Program-made: the position numbers and the translations under genes | Part shown: positions 1 through 13,310 of the stretch, in pieces | Layout: each line of letters opens with the position of its first letter | Numbering within the stretch: position 1 is the first letter of the stretch | The notes under the pieces: generated by a model | Database searches by the model: none | What the model was told of the DNA's origin: nothing | What the model saw: only the letters and a program-made list of their open reading frames with translations | Assembly: GCF_001194135.2 (NCBI RefSeq) | Contig: NC_068999.1 | Span: 24,166,982-24,230,981, forward strand | Reading direction: 5' to 3' | Source of the DNA: Octopus bimaculoides | Lineage: Eukaryota | Length of the DNA: 64,000 nucleotides

Positions 1-3000
1 GGGATGTTTGGTTGCTATTTTTAGCAGGTTCAAAGATCATGTAGAAGCTCTTTTTTGACTTATTGGATTAAGCAGTTACTGTTGCTAGTCTGTCTAAATT
101 AATTTACCATAGTAACTCTGGGTTATAGAGGTAAATGTTGAAATTATTGTCAAAATTACTATCTTTACCAAGTGTCATTGTGTTATAATGAGACAGTACT
201 ACAGAATGTGTTGGTGAAAAATTGTCAGTTTGTGATGTTGCTTTAATGAGATGATGGTTGCTAAAGTGAAACAGTGATCTAGAATGTGTGATAGCACTAT
301 AGTAGAATGGTGCCATAGTGTGATAGTGCTAAACTGCAATATTATAATAGTGTAAAAAAAAAAGTTAGTAGTATACATTGAGTTTGGAGTTACAGCGTAA
401 CTTGATGTCATTGAATAACTCAGAATGAAAGAGAAATATTTAGTGTAAATATTTTTATCATAGCTCTTTATTTCAAACTATGTATTTCTCTAAGGTTAAC
501 CAAAACTGTTTTATGTTTATTTAGCTGTCTCATTGTGTCTCATCACTTCTTAAATCAGCAAGCTTCAGAGAATCTGTCAACACATTTATCATATAAATTA
601 TTTTAAAATAAATTCTATAAAAAAGAAAACTATATAATCATAGAATCTCTAAAACTTTGAATTATATATATTTTTTTAAAGGAAGATGCTGCTATTGTTT
701 TCAAATAATGTAGCTCTTTCAGAGATATCTATAAGTTAATTAAATATCAGAGCTGGAAAAATAGTTAAGATGTGAATTGTTATTCTCCTGAATGACATCA
801 TATCCCACAAACATCTAGGAAAATAATAAGCATAGTTTATTTTTGACAAAATTTGAAGATAAAATATTTGAGAAACACAAAACAAACAAAAAAATACCAG
901 CAAAGCAGGGTGATTGTGGATTAAAATAAATTTACTTTAGAATATCATTCTAAAATAAGAATCAGCCAAGCATGGTTGCCACTTTGACTTCATTCAGTAT
1001 TGTGAAAATTGGTACAATAGTTGTGAACATGATAGAAAATGATACTAAAGTATCACAAAAAGACAGAAGAAAGAGAGACAGAGAGAAAAAGATGGAGAGA
1101 AAAAGATGGAGAGAAAGAGAAGGAGAGAGCACAAAAAGTTAGATTACAAAGATGTTATAAAATTATTTTGTTGATGTCAAGTATATTAATAAATTCACCT
1201 CATTTTTTGAAGTGTTAGATGAAAATAGTAATTTACATCTTTATTACATTGAACATTGCTAACATATCTGATGATGAAGCAGAAGTTGTGAGATGGAATA
1301 TAATATGTTGAAGATATTTTAGAATACTGGTAATGTTGAACATTAGAAATCTATAATTCAGAAGAGTTTGTTGAGAACTAAGGTAGCTGTGTATGGTTAT
1401 TTGGCCTGTTAAAAATAGCAGCTAAATCTTGCCATCTAACAAAAAGAATAACACTATAAATGTTTTTCAGACATGGTTCTAGATGTAGTGTCTGAAAAAT
1501 AGATGAAATGGCCACTCTTAGATGTTTTTAATCTGGCTGAGCAACAAGAACAACAATGTACTGTTGTAGTAAACTGTTTATTCATTGTTAACTCCCAAAG
1601 GGATCTCACTTCAATGCTGATTATATCCATATTAATTTCCATAATACAAGGGAAGAAAATATGCCAATTACTAAGAATAAGTAAATGCTTTAGCAAAGCT
1701 CTCGTAGAAAATCAAACCCTCAACTTCTTCCATTACACACTTTTTCCCCACATAGAAAGATACCTGTGTGGTAATGTTGAAAAGCCCCATGAAAAAGGAA
1801 GTAAAGTTGCGGAAGATTACTTCATTTTAAAGCAGAGTGGAAATCAAAAGCAGGATAAATGAGATGATTTCCTAGTGGCAAACAAGAATAGAATATTATA
1901 TATGGTATTATGAGCTGTGAGCCACTAATTCAGCAACCAGAAGGGAAACACTGTACATCTATAAAAAGGTAAAGTAAAGGAAAAGAAGAAAAGCAGTAGC
2001 AAAGTCAATGTATTACGCTGTGAAGAAAAGGAAAAGATATCAATGCTTTGGCCAGTTTGTCATTTGTCAAGATTGATGGATAGAGTAAAAGAGTGAAAAA
2101 GAAAAATGGAGAAAGAATATTTGTCTCTGCCATCTTTTCAGAATTTTGTTATGGAAAAGAAAATCAGCTATTAAGTGTAAAATAGCCTCAAAACAATTGT
2201 TACTATATCTATTTCTTCTGTTCAAAATTTTTCTGTAGCTTCACATTGTTAACATTAAAGAAGAAGCAGTTATTTTTTAAGATTTTTGTTGTTGTTTTGA
2301 CTTGGTGTGAACTTTCACAACACATTGATAGTTACAAAAATTTGGAAGTTTCATTTTGATATAAGAAAATATTATATCAGTAAAGAACTCATTTTTGTTC
2401 AATAAGGAATTTGTATGGAATCCATTATATTAAAAAGCCTAGAGAATAGCTTCATTTAGCTATTCAATATCTCAGTTTCTTTGCACTGGTGCAAAAGATA
2501 AACTGTCTTGAAGGATTTTAAAAAAAAATTGTATAACTGTTCTCAAAATGTAGACTATACACTTCTAAAAATCAAACTAAAGCACAACATCTATCTTATC
2601 TCAGAACAGTATAAAGAAAGCAACATACTCTACCGATTCATGTTCATGTGACAATGTGACTTGTGGCCAGTTATAAGTGATGTCAGACATAAGGTATCTG
2701 GGATATGAACATTTGGAATCATATGGATTTTTAAATTGAGAGCAGACTTGGAAAGGATCAGGTTAGTTTTGGTTCTAGTTTTACATCACTGACAGCTTCA
2801 AAAACATCTTCACCAACTTCATTATTTGCAAGCTCTGACATAGTTTGTATATTTGCAAAATGGGGTACTGTTTAGGTGACTGCTTCTCAGAACACCTATA
2901 TATATGTGGCAGGTATCTCAAAATCCATAGTTTAATATTTCTGTCACTCTACTGACAATGGTTTGAGTTGTTTCCTTGAACCAAAGATACTCTCACAGCA

Positions 3001-3215
3001 TATCATTTTTAATCCTTGCTACTTCTACAGACATTAATAAATGTTTTTCCTTTTAGTTCCGTCTTTTCCATCTCATTTCGCTTTAACCCCCACCACCTCA
3101 CCAACATTCAGACTTTATCCTAACATTTGTGGAGTGCACATGCATATACATACAAATGCACTAATTTTCTTCCCCTGGTACCCCAAACAAGTCTTCTTTT
3201 ACCCATCTAGCAATA

Positions 3216-3720
3216 TAAACAAGAGTGCATTTTGCACCAAAAGCCAATATGAGAGTTTCTTTCATTGTATCTACTGCAGTAAAGTCTGTTTCAAAAGAAC
3301 ATTCATATTTAAGTGAGGATAAATAATATCTCTCAATATTAATACTCCCTCTGTTGCTAATATATATTTTTTAACAAACTCATTGGCTAATCACAATACC
3401 AGCACCTGTTCTGGTACTGTTATGCTATATTTGCTGGCAGGGAGATTACTTACTGCTATCTTTAGTGGCTGAGTGTCCATCGTTTATGAGACCAAAGAAG
3501 GTCAAAATCATGTGATCTGATGGTCTTGGGGCTGGAAGTGGTGGGGTTTTATCTCCCTTCTAGTGATACAAACAAGTGTGCATTTTGCACCAAAAGCCAA
3601 TATGAGAGTTTCTCTCATGGTATCTGCCATAGAATAGCTTGTTCTTATAGAACATCCATGTTTAAGTGGGGATAAATATTGCCTCTTGGTATTAATGCTA
3701 CCTCTGTTGCTAATATATAT
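3216..3720 (+). repeat. Two direct copies (~150 bp, 355 bp apart) of an unclassified repeat
   Basis: ttttgcaccaaaagccaatatgagagtttct...aagtg(a/g)ggataaata...ctctgttgctaatatata at 3216-3365 and 3570-3720. Confidence 0.85.
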
Positions 3721-3771
3721 TACCTATCTATCTTTGCATACTAAAACATTTCTCCTAATTTATTTCCATCT

Positions 3772-4035
3772 AATCATCATCATCTTCATCCAGTGTTTTA
3801 AATCTGGGTTTTGTCCCCATTAACAGGAGTGGCCGGATCTACCTCAATGCCCTAGCAACCGCCCTCACACCATCTCGCCATCTTGCCCGGTTTTGGGTGT
3901 CCTCCTTTTTCAAACCAACCCTCCCAATCTTCTCCTCCACCTTCCATTTGCCTCAAACACAATCACCCTCCTTAGAACATGCTCTTCATCCCTCCTCAAC
4001 ACATGCCCATACCACCTCATCTTTATTCACATCCC
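3772..4035 (-). mobile_element. RTE LINE 3' end with (GAT)n tail
   Basis: Minus-strand MRWYGHVLRRDEEHVLRR...NRARWRDGVRA followed by a gatgatgat tail. Confidence 0.8.
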
Positions 4036-4055
4036 ATATTGTTTGTACATAATTG

Positions 4056-4495
4056 TTACAGGGGTGTAAACACACCAATACCGGTTGTCTAATGGTGATG
4101 GGGAGACAAACACACATACATATATATTATATATATATATAGATACACACACACACACACACACACACAACAGGCTTCTTTCAGTTTCCATCTACCAAAT
4201 CCACTCACAAAGGCTTTCGCCGGCCCGAGGCTATAGTAGAAAACACTTGCCCAAGGTGTCACACAGTGGGACTGAATCTGGAATCATGTGGTTGGGAGGC
4301 AAGCTTCTTACCACACAGCCATGCATGTACATCTACTTATCTATGAGTATGATTACTAGAACAATCATGCGTCATTCCATCCATATGCACATACTTACAA
4401 ATTCTTCTTCTGGGCAAGTGTCTTCTACTATAGCCTCAGAGTGACCAAATCCTTGTGAGTGGATTTAGTAGACGGAAACTGAAAGAAGCCCATCG

Positions 4496-4526
<31 letters not shown>

Positions 4527-4906
4527 TCATCATCATCATCATCATCATCGTTTAACGTCCGCCTTCCATCCTAGCATGGGTTGGACAATTTGACTGAGGA
4601 CTGGTGAAACCGGATGGCAACACCAGGCTCCAATCTAATTTGGCAGAGTTTCTACAGCTGGATGCCCTTCTTAACGCCAACCACTCAGAGAGTGTGTGTA
4701 TGTCTGTGTTTGTCACCCCGCCATCGGTGGATAACTGATGCTGGTGTGTTTATGTCCCCATAACTTAGCGGTTCAGTAAAAAAGACAAGTAGAATAGGTA
4801 CTAGGCTTACAAAAAATAAGTCCTGGGGTCGATTTCTTCAACTAAAACCCTTTAAGATGGTGTTCCAGCATAGCCATAGTCAAATGACTGAGACAAGTAA
4901 AAGAGT
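4056..4906. mobile_element. SINE cluster: family A minus (4056-4321), family A plus (4405-4906) with a nested (GAT)n element (4525-4693)
   Basis: The family A + copy is split at its TA microsatellite by atcatcatcgtttaacgtccgcc...ccactcagagag. Confidence 0.8.
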
Positions 4907-4922
4907 ATATATATATATATAT

Positions 4923-5162
4923 GTTTATATTTATACAAGGGCATTACTACAGAATAATGCCACACACTAGACTTCCGAAATAAACACATTTTAGTACCGA
5001 ATGTGAGGAAAGCAACCAACAGAAGAAACCAGTTGAGTTATTTAAAAGAAAGTTGGTTTCTTCTGTTGGTTGCTTTCCGCACATTCGGTACTAAAATGTG
5101 TTTATTTGGGAAGTCTAGTGTGTGGCATTATTCTGTAGTAATGCCCTTATATAAATATAAAC
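4923..5162. mobile_element. Foldback/MITE-like near-perfect inverted repeat (109-bp arms, 22-nt spacer)
   Basis: 4923-5031 vs 5054-5162 are reverse complements with 3 mismatches. The element sits in a TA microsatellite. Confidence 0.9.
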
Positions 5163-5272
5163 GAATAATTATATTCTTGGGAATAGAAATTTCCCTTATG
5201 AATTTTTTTACACACTGGCTTCCTGATAAAATTCTTGTAAAAGATTTTTATCCTTTTTTGAATTTATTAATC

Positions 5273-5312
<40 letters not shown>

Positions 5313-5479
5313 ATATATATATACATAGTTAACTGTTTCATAAAGGTAAGATCAGCAAAAAAGTACACCATTCAGTGAAACATAATTATCATTTAATGTA
5401 CACTACATTAAAATACAAGCTACTAATAGCTTCTTGCCATTGAGACACATTGTTAGGAAGATTTTAATAATGTTCCTTA

Positions 5480-6250
5480 GACTCAGTCCACAAGAAGGTG
5501 AATATAAGGGGAAATAGAGAGGATCGAGAAGGGTAGGTGCATTGGTTTCTAAGAGTTTGAGAGGAGAGCGAAAAATATTTAGGGAAGGAGTATAGGTGAA
5601 TGTAGGAACTGGTGAACAAGGATGGATGGTAATTATCAGTTCAGGGAGGGAAGGTGAAATGAAATAGGAATGTCTCATAAGAAGGAGGTAGTAAGTGGAA
5701 GTACAGAAAGTGTGAAGAGTAGCAGTGCATAAGATAGATGAGAAATAGGGTGATGATGTGCAGGGTGAAAGAGAAAAGGCAGATAGAGAGATGTACAGTG
5801 AAAGAGATGCATGTCAGAGGTATGTAGGGGTGAATATAGTGAGCGACAGACAAAGATGTGGGGAGGCATTGATAGCAGATATATTGAAAAATAAGAAGAT
5901 TGGAAAAATGATAGCAAATATGAAAGGGTGTTGAAGTTGAAGCATGGCAGTCATAACATGTAGTTCTGAGGTGATTGGTAGCACAAAAAGAATTGATCAG
6001 TAGAAAATAAAGTGGGGAGGGATAATATTGAGAATGTGGGACTGGTATTAAAAGGAAGTGGTTCCAGAGAGAGGTGTAATTGTTAGCACAAAAGGAATGA
6101 GATATGTGCAGTTTTGCTCTTACATAAGTACAGTAGCTGAATAGTACCAAAGTTGAAAGAAGGATGGAGGGATGGGTGTTGGGAAGATTAGTGGCGAGGA
6201 AGGCTTGACAGGGACAGGTTGGGTGCAAGGGCATATATGAATGTGTGTGT
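5480..6250 (-). mobile_element. Possible highly decayed Penelope-like fragment
   Basis: Minus-strand CATNHLRTTCYDCH...HFSNLLIFQYICYQC resembles the Cys-rich segment preceding the PLE GIY-YIG motif. The region is purine-rich on the + strand. Confidence 0.35.
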
Positions 6251-6605
6251 GTGTGTAGGTGCACTATGGCTGAATGACTAAGAAGTTCATTTTGCAATTG
6301 GTTATGATCCCATTGCATGGTATCTGGAAGAAATGTCATTTTCTGTAGCCTTAGGTAACCTTGTGAAGTTGGGTGGATGGAAATTGCTTAGAAGCCTGTT
6401 TTGTGCATTGCACCTATACCTCAGAAGATATGACCTTGTCACACATTGTCTCACTCTAATTCTGTCTGCAAATAATTCTAACAGTACATGTAACTGTGGA
6501 ATCTTCAACCTCTGACTTGTTAATTCAGGAGGAGCTTATTCAGCTGACTGAACAGCAGAATCTTCATTGTTGAATGATGGTGATCTACCACCATCACACA
6601 TGCAC

Positions 6606-6660
<55 letters not shown>

Positions 6661-6856
6661 NNNNNNNNNNNNNNNNNNNNNNNNNNNNNNNNNNNNNNNN
6701 NNNNNNNNNNNNNNNNNNNNNNNNNNNNNNNNNNNNNNNNNNNNNNNNNNNNNNNNNNNNNNNNNNNNNNNNNNNNNNNNNNNNNNNNNNNNNNNNNNNN
6801 NNNNNNNNNNNNNNNNNNNNNNNNNNNNNNNNNNNNNNNNNNNNNNNNNNNNNNNN

Positions 6857-6911
<55 letters not shown>

Positions 6912-7116
6912 TAAATTTCAATGAGATGATGTATCAGAATGTTTTAAGATGCAAACTATTCATTTCAACATTGCTGAAGGAATGATGGATATTTATTGCA
7001 AGTCCATTATTGAAATGGCCAAGTTTCCTTCAAATCACATCATTCTGTCTTAACAAATTTTCTAGATGTGTTGATTTGACTTATTTTTAATTTTAAATAA
7101 TCTTCAAAATACTCAC

Positions 7117-7166
<50 letters not shown>

Positions 7167-7397
7167 ACACACACACATATGTGTGTGTGTAGTAGTAGTA
7201 GAAGCTGTGATGTTAGCAGCAATAGTAGTATGGTGTTTTATGGAGTTTATACTTCAAAACCTGTCTGAGAAAAGTCATGACTTTTGTAATATTATATTTA
7301 AAAAACTGTTTTGAAATAAATTTATTTATATCTGTTTTCCATTTTATTGTGTAAAGTTATGAAATAATTCTGTTCAAAATAACTTTTTCTTTTTCAG

Positions 7398-7452
7398 TTT
7401 ATTTATGATTTCAGTAATGTGGCTGTTTCGACGTTATCTGGCATTAGCCCAG
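7398..7452 (+). CDS. Internal coding exon (55 nt, phase 2 to 0) of a putative 7TM cAMP-receptor-like GPCR; end of TM1 and ICL1
   Basis: Polypyrimidine acceptor ctttttcttttcag at 7397 and donor CAG|gtgag at 7453. Translation t-TTA TTT ATG ATT TCA GTA ATG TGG CTG TTT CGA CGT TAT CTG GCA TTA GCC CAG = LFMISVMWLFRRYLALAQ, which joins in frame with the 46591 exon. Family assignment is from recalled similarity to CrlA/GPR157-like receptors, not from a search. Confidence 0.72.
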
Positions 7453-7688
7453 GTGAGCTAATCTTTCTAATTTTTTAATCCTGTTATTTCACTTTTACAT
7501 GGCATTGGCTCACCTGAGCCAATGCCTTATGATATTATTTAATCTTTTTCTCTCAGTGTTGATATTGTCTCAGCTGAGCTCATCCTATCATTTATTTTCT
7601 CTTTTAACACATTTTAAATTCAGTTTTGTGAATTCCTTTTGAAATTATTCATTGATATGAAAGATTTTAAGATAACAAGTGATTTAAA

Positions 7689-7753
7689 GTGATCTAGTGG
7701 TTAGGATTTTGTACGCCTATCACAGTAGCCTGGGTTCAATTCCCACTTGGGAA
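7689..7753 (+). pseudogene. tRNA-Glu-derived pseudogene or SINE head
   Basis: gtgatctagtggttaggatt...gcctgggttcaattcccacttgggaa aligns with eukaryotic tRNA-Glu (A box TAGTGGTTAGG, B box GGTTCRATTCC). The anticodon arm is degenerate. Confidence 0.6.
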
Positions 7754-8324
7754 ACAGCTATTTTAGGTGCAGGCATGAGTATGTTGTTAAGCTTACTTTG
7801 CAACCACATGGTTTCAGGTTCAGTTCCACTGTACAACACCTTGAGCATCTTCTGCTACTGTCGACCAATGTCCTATGAATTTGGTTGATGGAAAGTTTGT
7901 GGAAGCCCATTGTGTATGTGTGTGTCTTTATGCCTGTATTTGTCCCCCCACTCCACCACTGCACCACTTGACAACTGGTGTTGGTTTGTTTATGTCTCCA
8001 TAACTTAGCAGTTCAGCAAAAGGACCCTATACTTTAGTTTTTTTCTAGTTTGGCTGTCCTTCTGAACACTTCAATGTTTTCACATGAGCATGTCATCCAT
8101 CATGATCCCCCATGCATGTTCTTAATTTCTACCAAAGCACCGAGGTACCTATAGGTATGAATGAGTACCAAACTTTAAAACTAAAAACTGCAATTGATTG
8201 TTCAAATAAACCCTTCAAGGTAGTGCCCCAGGATGGCTGATGTCCAATGATTAAAACAAGTAAAAGATAACATATTAAAAACAAAAACATCTGAGTACTT
8301 ATAAACTACATATAAAAAAATAGG

Positions 8325-8680
8325 TCAACCAAAGTGATAGCCATGAACGTAATCATCAAGCACTCCAGTCTCTGGCTCACAGATATGTTGACCTTGTTTA
8401 CATTTTCTACTGTTACTGCGATGGTTTCTACTCTTTGAAGCTAGGTTGTCTTGTAACCACCTCCTCCTCCCCTTCTCGCATATACTATGTCCATTCTCAC
8501 CAGGCCCTACACTAACCACTATGTTCAGGCTTTCACCCCCTCTACTAAAACATTGATTCCTGTAGAATTCTCTCCTTACCAATATTTTTTCTGTAGCCAT
8601 TGACAACATTAACCACTTTAATTTCACTAGTCTCACAAGACATGTAAAGGCCATGAGTGTAGTATCTTTCTCCACCCATT
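8325..8680 (-). mobile_element. Degenerate RTE-like endonuclease fragment
   Basis: Minus-strand ORF with NGHS/GYHFG segments resembling the RTE GDFNGHVG...GYGFG region. Confidence 0.35.
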
Positions 8681-8973
8681 ATTGATTAATAATGTGTGTG
8701 TGTATGTGTGTCATCATCATTATCATCTTTTTAAATTCTACTTGCATTTATATACGTGTCTCTTTGTGTGTGTGCATGCGCACGTGTGTGTGTGTGTATA
8801 CACAAATTTTCTACAGCTGGATACCTTTCCTGTCATCAGTTCTTGTCTGTTTCCAAGCAAGGTTTCCTCATCACTAGACATGTTTTCTCAAAATATTGGA
8901 AATAAATGATATTGCTTTTATGACAGTGACAGGCATTTACATCTATCACATAATAGACAAGACAAGCGTGCAT

Positions 8974-9010
<37 letters not shown>

Positions 9011-10206
9011 CTCTCATACACATACAACGGGTTTCTTTCAGTGTCCATCTTCCAAAATCCACTAACAATGCTTTGGCCAGCCTGGGGCTATATAGTAGAA
9101 GACATTTGTTGAAGGTGTCTTGTAGTTGGACTGAACCTGGGAAGCAATCTTCTCAACCTACCTCATCCAGAACTGTGCTTTATCATTGAAATTAATTTAA
9201 AAGACGGGATTTTGAACACTTTTGCTCTGCAAAGATATAATATGTTGAACAGTATACAGCAATATACTCAACCAATTCATGTGACAAAATGACTTGTGGC
9301 AGACGATTCACACCAATAATCACATCTCATTTCTTTGTCAAAATAGGTGACTGTCAAAACAACTTATGTATAACACATTATGTAAGTAAACCATTTCTGT
9401 TTGGAAACAGAGTAATAACTTTAAAGACTTAAATTAACTTTAAGATAACTGGGCCAACTGGATGTGTCTATGATTGTATTGTTCTATGACTTGATATATT
9501 AGTCTGTCAGAATTACTGTTGTTGATTAGCATTTAATTATTCTGTAGATGTTTTGATTTTGTTCATTTGTGTGGGTGAATCTAAATGCTCATTAAGCAAT
9601 AATATACTAAAATTGCTATAATTAAACAATTGCATATTTATTACCACATTTGAGCATATTCAGATGCAAAATATGCTGGTTGTTGTAGTGTATGTGATAA
9701 AGGAATAACTTCTCCCTTTTGTGACAACAGTGTGTTCAACACACAAGGCTCATTGGTTTTCTGGGACACCAGTGTTTTTAACGTTGATGTATCTCATCAG
9801 CCTAAATCAGTTGGAATTCCAAGTCCAAATGAAGTCACTAGCTTTGTTTATACTTTCACTGAACAAATTGTTTTGCTGATCAAAGCTGCTAATGACCAAA
9901 TATACATAAATTATAGAATCAAAAACCACATTGTCAAACATGATTTTAGATTAGATACACTGCATCTAAAATGGGCTTGGCAATTGGAAGGCTAACTGAT
10001 AGTGAAACATAGCCTCAGAGAAACCATCCATATTAGCTTAAACTTGTACATACACACACATCAATACATAAATACACATATGTATACATGTATACAATTC
10101 TGTCTATTTACATAAATATTTATGTGCATACGTGTGTGTGCGTGTGTGTGTATGTGTGTGTGTGTGTGTGTGTGTATGTGTGTGTGTGTGTAGATAAATA
10201 CATAGG

Positions 10207-10252
<46 letters not shown>

Positions 10253-10909
10253 TATATATCATGTGTATGTGAGCGCACATGTATGCATACATATGTATAC
10301 TTGTATGTGTGTATAGTGCCTGTATATATAATATATAAATGTATGAACATGTAATTATTGGGTATTTTGTACTTTTATATATAAATATACATAAATATTT
10401 GCTATTTGTGTTTGCACATGTAGATGTACCATTTATAGATTGTATCTATTTAGGAACATTTTCATTTTTTATAAACAATCATTTTGATTTAAATAGGTAT
10501 CTATTTACTCTATTTATTGCATATTATTCATTCAATGTTTGCTTCAGTTATCTGTAAATATATTTACATATTTATTATACCAGTAAATGTGTATACAGTT
10601 TTAGATATTGATTATAATGTAGTTTCCTTATGTGTAATTATATTGACTACCTCTAATTTTTTGGCGTCATATATTGTGGAGAAAATATTTTGGCCGTTAT
10701 AAATCAAATTTTTTCTGTATGCTGGATTTCACAAAAATATTGTGAAATTATTCAACTATGTTTACAAACAGGAAATTATATATATATATATATNNNNNNN
10801 NNNNNNNNNNNNNNNNNNNNNNNNNNNNNNNNNNNNNNNNNNNNNNNNNNNNNNNNNNNNNNNNNNNNNNNNNNNNNNNNNNNNNNNNNNNNNNNNNNNN
10901 NNNNNNNNN

Positions 10910-10957
<48 letters not shown>

Positions 10958-11199
10958 TTGCATGGCTATGTGATTAAGAAGCTCAAATCGCATGATTTCA
11001 GATTCAGTTCCATTGTGTGGTGCCTTGGTCAAATGTCTTCCATTATAGCCCCAAAATGATCAGTGCCTTGTGAGTGAATTTGTTTGGCGGAAACTGTGTG
11101 GAAACAATGCATATGTTTCTGTATGTATGCATGCGCACATGTGTGTGTATGTCTTTGTGTTTGTATATGTATCCCCACCACCACCATCACCACTTGAAA

Positions 11200-13020
11200 A
11201 CCAATTTCAATTTCCTTCCACTTGGCCTTCCTGAAATTCAAGTTCATGAAGGGTGAGTCATGTTTGATGTTATTTGTGCATATTGCCTTCTTTGGACCAT
11301 ATACAGATAACTGTATAATGAAATAGTTGGAAATGGTAGTTGGAGTGCTCTGAGTATTATGAATGAAGTCTGTATTGGTGCTAAAGACTAGGTTGAGTAT
11401 GTTATTTCCCATAGTTGGATGGATAATGATTTCTTGCATGAGAAAATCTTTAGTGTTTCATATCCCTCCTGTTCAGTTTTTCAGTTCCATGTTGCATATA
11501 GCCTTCAGGCCTGCTGAGACTAGGAAAATTAAAGTCCCCTGTTAAAAGTATATTGGCCTATGGGCTGGCCCTACCTAGAGTTTGACTTATGAGTGACAAA
11601 GCATCTCTGAAGTGATCTCCATGGTTTGCTGGATCAGGAAGATGGTAAATAATGCCTATGATATGATTGAAGTCAATCACATGCATTATTAGTGTGTTGC
11701 ACCCTGCATTGGAGTGAGAGAAGAGGACACTTGTTGTCAGATCTTCACAGAGGAAGAGCACTACTCTTCTTTGTTTCCATATTCTGTGGTCAGTTCTGTG
11801 TAGTACATAACCTGACATATGTAGTTCTGCATTCAATATGTCTGGGATCAGGGGTCTGTCACTTAGTACTACACATATTGTCTTTTATTTTTGTGCAAGG
11901 TTTCTAAGATGTGATATTTTTGTTTGATTTGTGAAGTGTGAGAGACCTTGTACATTCAGCATTATCCTTTAGCTGAGTTTGTAAGTTAATGACAGAAATG
12001 GTGTGTGGTTGTGCACTAGGGTAATAGCAGTGGTTGGTGCACTGTAAGAGCTAAAAAAACTTTTTTCTTAGATGTCTTTTTCCAGATTCATTATGGCTAA
12101 AAAAGAATTTTCTTATTTTGGGAGTAGTTGTTGTCTGGAGTTGTTACTGTTGAATATGGTTATAGCTATATGGTTTGTGGCTGTTGATTTTTCTACTGTA
12201 TCCAGTGGATATCTGGGTGACTTCTGGGTTTTGGTGAAAGTTTGGACCAACCCTGCCACTGTAAGGGATGTTTCTCCTGTTGATCTGGTGGTAGCTTGGA
12301 GTCATGCTTTTAATAGTGTGTTGAATCCCTGGAAGATGAGTGAAGGGACAGTTGTGCTTCAGACATAATATTTCTTATTAGGAAAAGTGGCTGATTTTAG
12401 GATTCTGGGTTACACATGTAGAAGCTATTAAATGTGATTTAGTTTTTAATGGTAGTGGTGGTGGTGGTGTAAGATGTATATTTTGGCTGATGTTGCTTGT
12501 ATAAATTGTGCATCGTGTCCCAAATAAATGGGTGAAATTGCAGTCAATGCATATTAGTGGCATATTTTTGAGTTTTGTGTGTTCATAAATTTTGCTTTAC
12601 TTTGCTTTATTTAGTTGCCAAGTTTATCATGGAGGTGTGAGGTACACATTCAGATTGAAGTGGATAGTGTTGGCAAGAAAGGAGTGATTCTTCACTAATT
12701 AGAGTAGTGGTAATGGTAATGGTAATTGCATTAGAATAGGATGATGATGGTAATGATGAATCTCTTGCGTTATTTTGAGAGAGTGAGAAATTTCTGTGGT
12801 CTAACTGTGGAGAATAGCTAGGGACTGTGTTGTTTAATAAGTCGCCAATTGTACTAGTATTGAGAAGTGACTGCGGCCGTTCATCTTGTTGTTTAGTTGT
12901 GGTAAGGGTAGCGGCAGTAGAACATGATGGCAACAATGATGATTGGTCAGTTGTGGTATTCAGAGGAAACGAGGAATGTGGATAGCTGGACTGTGAAGTG
13001 CTGTTGATTGTATTTTGTAT
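11200..13020 (-). mobile_element. CR1/L2/Jockey-type LINE fragment (APE endonuclease plus probable ORF1 region)
   Basis: Minus-strand LHMSGYVLHRTD...VVLFLCEDL...IIGIIYHLPDP and QEIIIHPTMGNNILNLVFST...ISNY match LINE endonuclease motifs (GY.L.R.DR, IYRPP, PTRG.NILDL, SDH). Confidence 0.7.
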
Positions 13021-13029
13021 ATACATTGA

Positions 13030-13036
<7 letters not shown>

Positions 13037-13117
<81 letters not shown>
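13037..13117. repeat. (TA)n microsatellite; representative of very many (TA)n, (CA)n, (GA)n, (ATT)n, (CAT)n and (TACA)n tracts
   Basis: Directly visible. N-gaps at 6661-6856, 10794-10909, 15266-15641, 31632-31973, 32489-33259, 35074-35285, 37191-37217 and 40765-40774 mostly abut such tracts. Confidence 0.97.
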
Positions 13118-13119
<2 letters not shown>

Positions 13120-13310
13120 ATTAGAAAATGGAGGATAATATGCTGAACCCAACAACTTGCAGGCAGACAGTGTATCCCGTTGAATTCATTAATTTATTTC
13201 ATAGCTAAGGTGACAAAAAACCCCACAAAGTACAGGTGTTTATGACAAACCATGTTATTTTGACAACCGGTTGTCAAAATAACATGGGAAGCAATAGTAA
13301 CAACAGTAAA

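Noticed and set aside
1480-2100. KWPLLDVFNL motif reminiscent of piggyBac RWP..F.N
   Set aside because: A single weak motif with no TTAA ends or catalytic residues recognisable.
6520-6924. ORFs of 100-330 aa spanning N-gaps (also 10690-11059, 15250-15714, 31507-32091, 32389-33424, 35016-35426)
   Set aside because: These are artefacts of N runs and microsatellites translated as X, ER, SL, YI or HT repeats.
7689-7753. Functional tRNA-Glu gene
   Set aside because: The acceptor stem and anticodon arm are disrupted, so it is kept only as a pseudogene.
9732-9995. 87-aa + strand ORF with a faint resemblance to the HSP70 N-terminus
   Set aside because: No GIDLGTT or TPS motif and no splice context. 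It is better explained as the antisense of a decayed retroelement end.
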